Assembly: GCA_963796105.1 (NCBI GenBank)
Contig: CAWCKJ010000016.1
Coordinates: 1 to 64,000 of the forward strand
Source of the DNA: a candidate division FCPU426 bacterium
GTDB taxonomy: Bacteria > Oederibacteriota > Muellerivitia > Muellerivitales > Muellerivitaceae
DNA: 64,000 bases
Direction of reading: 5' to 3'
Shown here: in pieces, positions 59,782 through 64,000 of the stretch
Position numbering within the stretch: position 1 is the stretch's first letter
How the letters are laid out: the number at the start of each line of letters is the position of its first letter
Notes under the pieces: generated by a model
What the model saw: the letters and a program-made list of their open reading frames with translations, nothing else
What the model was told of the DNA's origin: nothing
Database searches by the model: none
Program-made: the position numbers and the translations under genes

Positions 59782-60000
59782 CTAATCTCCTTTCCGGATT
59801 TCATCCCCTTGATCCGGATCGCAATCCGGGCAAATCTTCCCCAAGTCCTGAACCCGGACGTACATCCGTGTCCCACAAACCCGGCAAAAGGAGTACATGT
59901 AATAGGGCGTCTCAAACCCCATTTTCTCCGGCCTTTCGCCCTGCTTGATTCCCTGGTTCATGCGGTCCCTCTTCCTGATCCCTCTGGTTTGGTTTTCCAT
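59782..60000 (-). CDS. Small zinc-ribbon protein
   Basis: CRVCG...CPDC; RBS present. Confidence 0.65.
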   Translation of the reverse strand: MENQTRGIRKRDRMNQGIKQGERPEKMGFETPYYMYSFCRVCGTRMYVRVQDLGKICPDCDPDQGDEIRKGD

Positions 60001-60020
60001 GGCTTCCCCCTCCCGGTCCG

Positions 60021-60210
60021 TTAAGGACTATCCGAATATTCCTTTACGACTCTCAGGTAATTGCCCATCACGGCCTGGAAGCAAGGGGAGCAGGAAATTT
60101 TCCCGCAAGCGGCCAAGGGTTCTTCCCCTGGATTCTCCTTTTTGAATTCCCGAATTTTCTCTTCGGGAACCTCCAATTCCGTCCCCGCAAACCCAACAAT
60201 TCATTTTCAT
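60021..60210 (-). pseudogene. 62-aa Cys-rich protein with a 1-bp frameshift
   Basis: Removing one base from the C4 run at ~60183 gives MKMNCWVCGTELEVPEEKIREFKKENPGEEPLAACGKISCSPCFQAVMGNYLRVVKEYSDSP*; AGGAG RBS. Confidence 0.6.
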
Positions 60211-60224
60211 TTCAAAATCTCCTT

Positions 60225-60705
60225 TCAAAGTAAGTCCCGCATGGCGGAAGGAAAAATGACCTTCGTGGGCCACAATCAAATGATCTTGGACGGTAAACCC
60301 CAAGGATCGGGCGGCGGTCATGATCTGCCGGGTCAGGGCCCGGTCCCCCTCGGAGGGTTCCAGGCTCCCGCCCGGGTGGTTGTGGACCAGGATCAAGCCG
60401 CTGGCCGTTCCAAGCTCGAAAGCTTTCTTGAAAATCTCCCTGGGGTAGACAGCGGTATGGTCCACAGTTCCTTCCTGCATCAAAACACAGTCGAGAACGT
60501 GGTTGCGGTGGTCCAGGTACATGCAAAGGAAAGCCTCGTTGGATTTCCCCCCGATGAACCGCTTGAAATACTCCACCGCTTTATCCGGGCTCTCCACCAC
60601 CGGCCCCCGCTTGTAAGTTTCACGCGCCTCCGACCACGAGGTGGGCGGAACGGTCGGCGCGGGGAAAGCATCCAGGTTGAATCTCATGACAAGTTGTCTT
60701 TTCAT
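60225..60705 (-). CDS. radC: RadC/JAB domain protein (natural stop apparently shifted by a 1-bp indel)
   Basis: E.F....LD, GTVD...VYPREI, HNHPGG...PSEGD, DHLIV, FSFR. Confidence 0.9.
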
Positions 60706-60717
60706 GGCGGCCCCCTT

Positions 60718-61626
60718 TCAGGCTACCGACTTGTCGGGCGTAGCCTCGACCAAGCCGGATTCAACGAATTCAGTTTTCAAGATGAAGTCCATCGCGGCCT
60801 GGGCCTTGGCGGCGGCTGTGAAGATGGCCCGCTTGTGGTCCTTCAAAACCTGAATCCAGTCCCCGATATAGTTGGAATGCCGGGTGGCGTAGGGGATTCC
60901 CACGGAGGCGCAAAGGAAGGCGGCTCCCATTTCGGCCACCAGTTCCTCGAAGGCGTAGGCCTGGTCCCCGTAGCGCTTCCCGAATTCCCGGTTGAGGCGG
61001 TGGCTCGCGCCGGTCCAATGGCAAACCTCGTGGTAAGCGACGCCAAAAAAAGCGTCGCGGCTCTCGAAGCTCTCTTTCAAGGGAAGGGTGATGAAGTCCG
61101 TCTTGCGGTCATAAAAGGCCTGGTCAACGGGTGCGAGAATTATTTCCGCTCCCGAATCCGTCAAAATTCCTTCGGCCTCCTCCAGGGTCTGGAAGGGCTC
61201 GACGGTTTCCGCCTTCGGTTTCAGGTGGTCCAATCCCTCCACTTGGTCCAGGTTGAAAACCGTATAGGTCCGGAGAACCCAAAAGGATTGTTCCTCAAGC
61301 AATGACCTCATCCTCCAGGTTGAGGCTCTTGGTCTTGGAAAGCTTCTTGTAGAAAACCACGTCGGTCCCCTTCTCGCCCTTCCTGACGTTCCCTTCAAGG
61401 CCTTGGCCTGGTTGAAGGTGATCCAGGCCGGGGATGAAAACCCCTTTTCTATTTGTTGGTGCCACAAACAAAATGTGTTTATACCCCTGTACCGCTTCTG
61501 GGTGCTGGCGTTCACCGGCAGGGGTAAGCCCTTCCCCTGTTTCCAGGGCTTCTCCCAGGGTGTGACGCCCTTTTCCAGGTCTTCCAAAATCCGGTTTGTG
61601 ATTTCCTCGGCGATATTCCTCTTCAT
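60718..61626 (-). CDS. ardC: ArdC antirestriction/ssDNA-binding protein with two compensating frameshifts
   Basis: PWEKPW, YRGIN, VFNLDQ, HEVCHWTG, YAFEELVAE. The expected VRKGEKGT..VFY segment is in another frame at ~61300-61393. Confidence 0.92.
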   Translation of the reverse strand: MKRNIAEEITNRILEDLEKGVTPWEKPWKQGKGLPLPVNASTQKRYRGINTFCLWHQQIEKGFSSPAWITFNQAKALKGTSGRARRGPTWFSTRSFPRPRASTWRMRSLLEEQSFWVLRTYTVFNLDQVEGLDHLKPKAETVEPFQTLEEAEGILTDSGAEIILAPVDQAFYDRKTDFITLPLKESFESRDAFFGVAYHEVCHWTGASHRLNREFGKRYGDQAYAFEELVAEMGAAFLCASVGIPYATRHSNYIGDWIQVLKDHKRAIFTAAAKAQAAMDFILKTEFVESGLVEATPDKSVA

Positions 61627-61645
61627 GGTTTTGCCTCCTTAGTTT

Positions 61646-61879
61646 TTAGGTGAGTGAATGAATTAGTTTTTGAAACTCCAAAAGCTGGAAAGGGTCCAGG
61701 GCGCATCCAATCGCCCCTAAAAATTCGGCCTCGGTCAAGCCGTCCTTCACGTCCACCATGGAAAGGGTTTCCAGGTCCTCGATCTCGTAGAAAAAGAACC
61801 CCTCGGAATCCTTCCCAAAGTGGATTTCGTACCTCCCCAAGGCCTTGAACTTCATGACTTCAAAAGCTGGATGCGCCAT
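61646..61879 (-). CDS. Conserved 77-aa hypothetical protein (paralog of 3652-3882)
   Basis: High similarity to copy A; AAGGAGG RBS. Confidence 0.8.
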   Translation of the reverse strand: MAHPAFEVMKFKALGRYEIHFGKDSEGFFFYEIEDLETLSMVDVKDGLTEAEFLGAIGCALDPFQLLEFQKLIHSLT

Positions 61880-61888
61880 AACCCCTCC

Positions 61889-62023
61889 TTAAAACCCCCA
61901 ACCTTCCTCAAGCTTCCGGATAACCCGGTCGATCTCCTCATCCGGCACGGGCCACCTTTGGGCCTCCGGCTCCTCGGCCTGGCTCCCCTCCGGTTTCCTC
62001 TCCTGCTTCGTGTCCTGTTCCAT
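61889..62023 (-). CDS. 44-aa acidic small protein (paralog of 3896-4030)
   Basis: MEQDTKQERKPEGSQAEEPEAQRWPVPDEEIDRVIRKLEEGWGF*. Confidence 0.75.
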   Translation of the reverse strand: MEQDTKQERKPEGSQAEEPEAQRWPVPDEEIDRVIRKLEEGWGF

Positions 62024-62084
62024 TTCCATCACTCCCTTTCTTTTCTTTGTTTTTTTTGATGGCTATTCGCCTTTCAAAAAACCG

Positions 62085-62998
62085 CCTTCCACCTCCCCCC
62101 CTCAAAAACAGAGGGGGGAGGGGAAGGCCAAAGCGGGAGTTTTGGGAGTTCGTGCGGGAAAGCGTCCTGAAACTGAGGGAGGGAAAAACAAAGCAAGGCC
62201 ACCCTTTACTTTTGTGACAGCCGCGCCTTTCGGCTGGCGCAAAAGTTGCCGTGCAAGGGGGGCCGTGTGCAAAGGAATACCGTCATTGGGCCTCGGGACG
62301 AACTCCCGAAACTATCCATCGCCCAATCACCTGGACTAATGGACCCTCTATGTCTGCTTTATGGGTTTGACTGCTGAACTTCAGGAAGGAACGAACCACT
62401 AAGATCCACCAGGAGAGTGAAAACCGCCTCACCATCCAAAACCACCGTTTCCGGGCAAGGTTCTTTTGGGAATCCCCGCTACCCGAAGCGCCGGTGCCCC
62501 GCCAGGGGCACAGCCGAAGGCTTTTCAAAAATGGGAAACCGAGTGGGTATCACTTTTGTTACCCCGAAATTTCCCATTTTTGAAACGGCCCTGAGGACTC
62601 AAAGGCCCCTTCCATTTATCGGCGGCGTGCCAGGATGGCATTTTTCGTTCATCCAGGCGTGCCGCCGCCGCTGGGGAAGGGCCAATCGGAAAACCGAAAT
62701 GAAGCCTTTCACCTTCCCCGGAGTGCTTAATTAAAAAGGCGTAATGAGGTTTTCCGCTTGGCGGGGTCCCCTGCGGGAAATGAAAGGGAGTTCACAGCTA
62801 CCACCCCGCTCACCCACCACCGGTTTTAAGGGGGGATCCAAACGGGGGCTTTCCCCCGTTTGGTCAGGGGCTTGGGGGCGGAAGCCCCCGGGGAAAGGGG
62901 TGCGGCCAGGATTCCCGCGCCTTTTGCGGGAAGCTTGGCCCAGGGGGAAGGCCCATGAAAAAGGGTGCCGTTCCCCTTTTTCGTTCCCCCCTTAAATA
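62085..62998. other. Structured non-coding region, copy B (uninterrupted)
   Basis: Colinear with 4080-4262 plus 7800-8627; multiple covarying stems. Confidence 0.7.
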
Positions 62999-63099
62999 GC
63001 CTAAAGCTTTCTCATTAGGGATATTTACCGTATCTATTTAATCCTCTAAACCATGGATATCCAATAATGAGGTATAAAAACAACCTTCTATCGTGTATT

Positions 63100-63143
63100 C
63101 AACCCTGCCTCCTGGGGGGTTCCCAGGAGGCAGGGTTGTCTTT
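63100..63143 (+). terminator. Strong hairpin, probable terminator
   Basis: CAACCCTGCCTCCTGGG/CCCAGGAGGCAGGGTTG stem followed by TCTTT. Confidence 0.6.
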
Positions 63144-63463
63144 GGAATTGTCATAGGATTCTTTTTGACTTTTACCTGCTCTAGTTCCGGCTCCTAATTC
63201 CCCTGCCAATACCCTCCAACCCACCAATGCCGTTACCCCCACTGACCTCCACCTAACACTTTCTCATTACCATCCACCCTGCCGTTACCACCCCTGTCAC
63301 TCACCTACCACTTCTTCCATCTGCTACGGTCTTTTTTACCTGCACCACCTTTGGCTCCTACTATCACTTCCCTCACGTCCTCCCACTTCTGTTTCTTATT
63401 CATTGTCTTTCTTTTAATTATCTCTTTATCTACTCATCAAGTTAAGTTTCTATGATTTATAAA

Positions 63464-63560
63464 GATTTTCTCATGCGGAGAGGGCGAACCCCCCTATCGT
63501 TTCTAGCATCATCACTTGATGCGTAGATAGGGGGGTTCGCCATCGCAGCATGAGAAAATC
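63464..63560. other. Conserved long hairpin, copy B
   Basis: Homolog of 9755-9851. Confidence 0.75.
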
Positions 63561-63980
63561 CGCCTTAAACAATCCTCAAACCCACTTTTTGAGTTCAAAT
63601 GAATTGAACTGCTTTTAAGAAGGCCAAACACCCCCCAACCCCCATCCCCAAGGCAAGGTTTTCCGTTGGTCACTCCCCTTATGAATCGGGCCGGTCCATT
63701 CCTAAGCCTCATTCAGTCCCAATTCTTCAATGTTTAAGCCTATTCCCCCGGCCCTTTACCCATTTCCTAAAAGACCACCTGTCACGCTCACTTCATCGCC
63801 GATCAGACCCTAAATATCGGCGATGACCCCCGGAAAAACCCCCATCATTACGCTGCGAAATTTTTTAAAACCCGCCTGAAATAATCCCCAAACGCGCTTT
63901 TTGAGTTCAAATGGATTGAACTCATTTTGGAAGGACAAATGACCACAATCCCTAACTTCAAAGCCAGGTATTTCCCCTGG

Positions 63981-64000
63981 TCAAGGCACCCTGGCAATGG
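63981..64000 (-). CDS. umuC: 3' end of a further umuC (runs off the window)
   Basis: TCAAGGCACCCTGGCAATGG encodes ...IARVP*, matching the umuC end at 15856 and syntenic with 9971. Only 20 bp visible. Confidence 0.6.

Noticed and set aside
60028..60705. RadC with a novel C-terminal extension
   Set aside because: Better explained by indels fusing radC to a separate small gene that has its own RBS.
60061..61305. 414-aa plus-strand ORF and similar long antisense ORFs (15748-16422, 53916-54797)
   Set aside because: Shadows of well-supported minus-strand genes.
62252..62485. Group II intron (GTGTG start, CTACCCGA-like end motif)
   Set aside because: No recognisable domain V helix, the span is too short, and there is no reverse transcriptase.

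Overview
The window looks like the junction between two related, tandemly integrated conjugative elements (ICE-like). Left element (1-~25350): an ardC operon hit by two different RIT (recombinase-in-trio) elements, a long structured non-coding region, a NikR-regulated metal uptake cassette flanked by a duplicated umuC 3' end, umuDC, a membrane-protein cargo gene, a RelE-type TA pair, a Replic_Relax/MOB_C-like relaxase and a VirD4-like coupling protein. Junction (25353-25393): an attP-like site carrying only the 5' half of tRNA-Gly(GCC), overlapping the integrase stop codon and preceded by several att-core-like palindromes. Right element (~25390-64000+): one ~14.5 kb minus-strand gene run (lipoproteins, putative outer-membrane protein, VirB2/B6/B3/B4/B8-like genes, TPR-GGDEF, two SpoVG paralogs, xis, int), a tripartite HipA system, a complete type I-E CRISPR-Cas with ~57 spacers, an NYN nuclease, an AbiE TA pair, then a second diverged copy of the radC-ardC operon, structured region and umuC end. 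Comparing the two backbone copies gives the empty RIT2 target site and strong compensatory base-pair changes in the non-coding DNA. Several single-base indels may be assembly errors. All family calls come from motif recognition by eye, not database searches.
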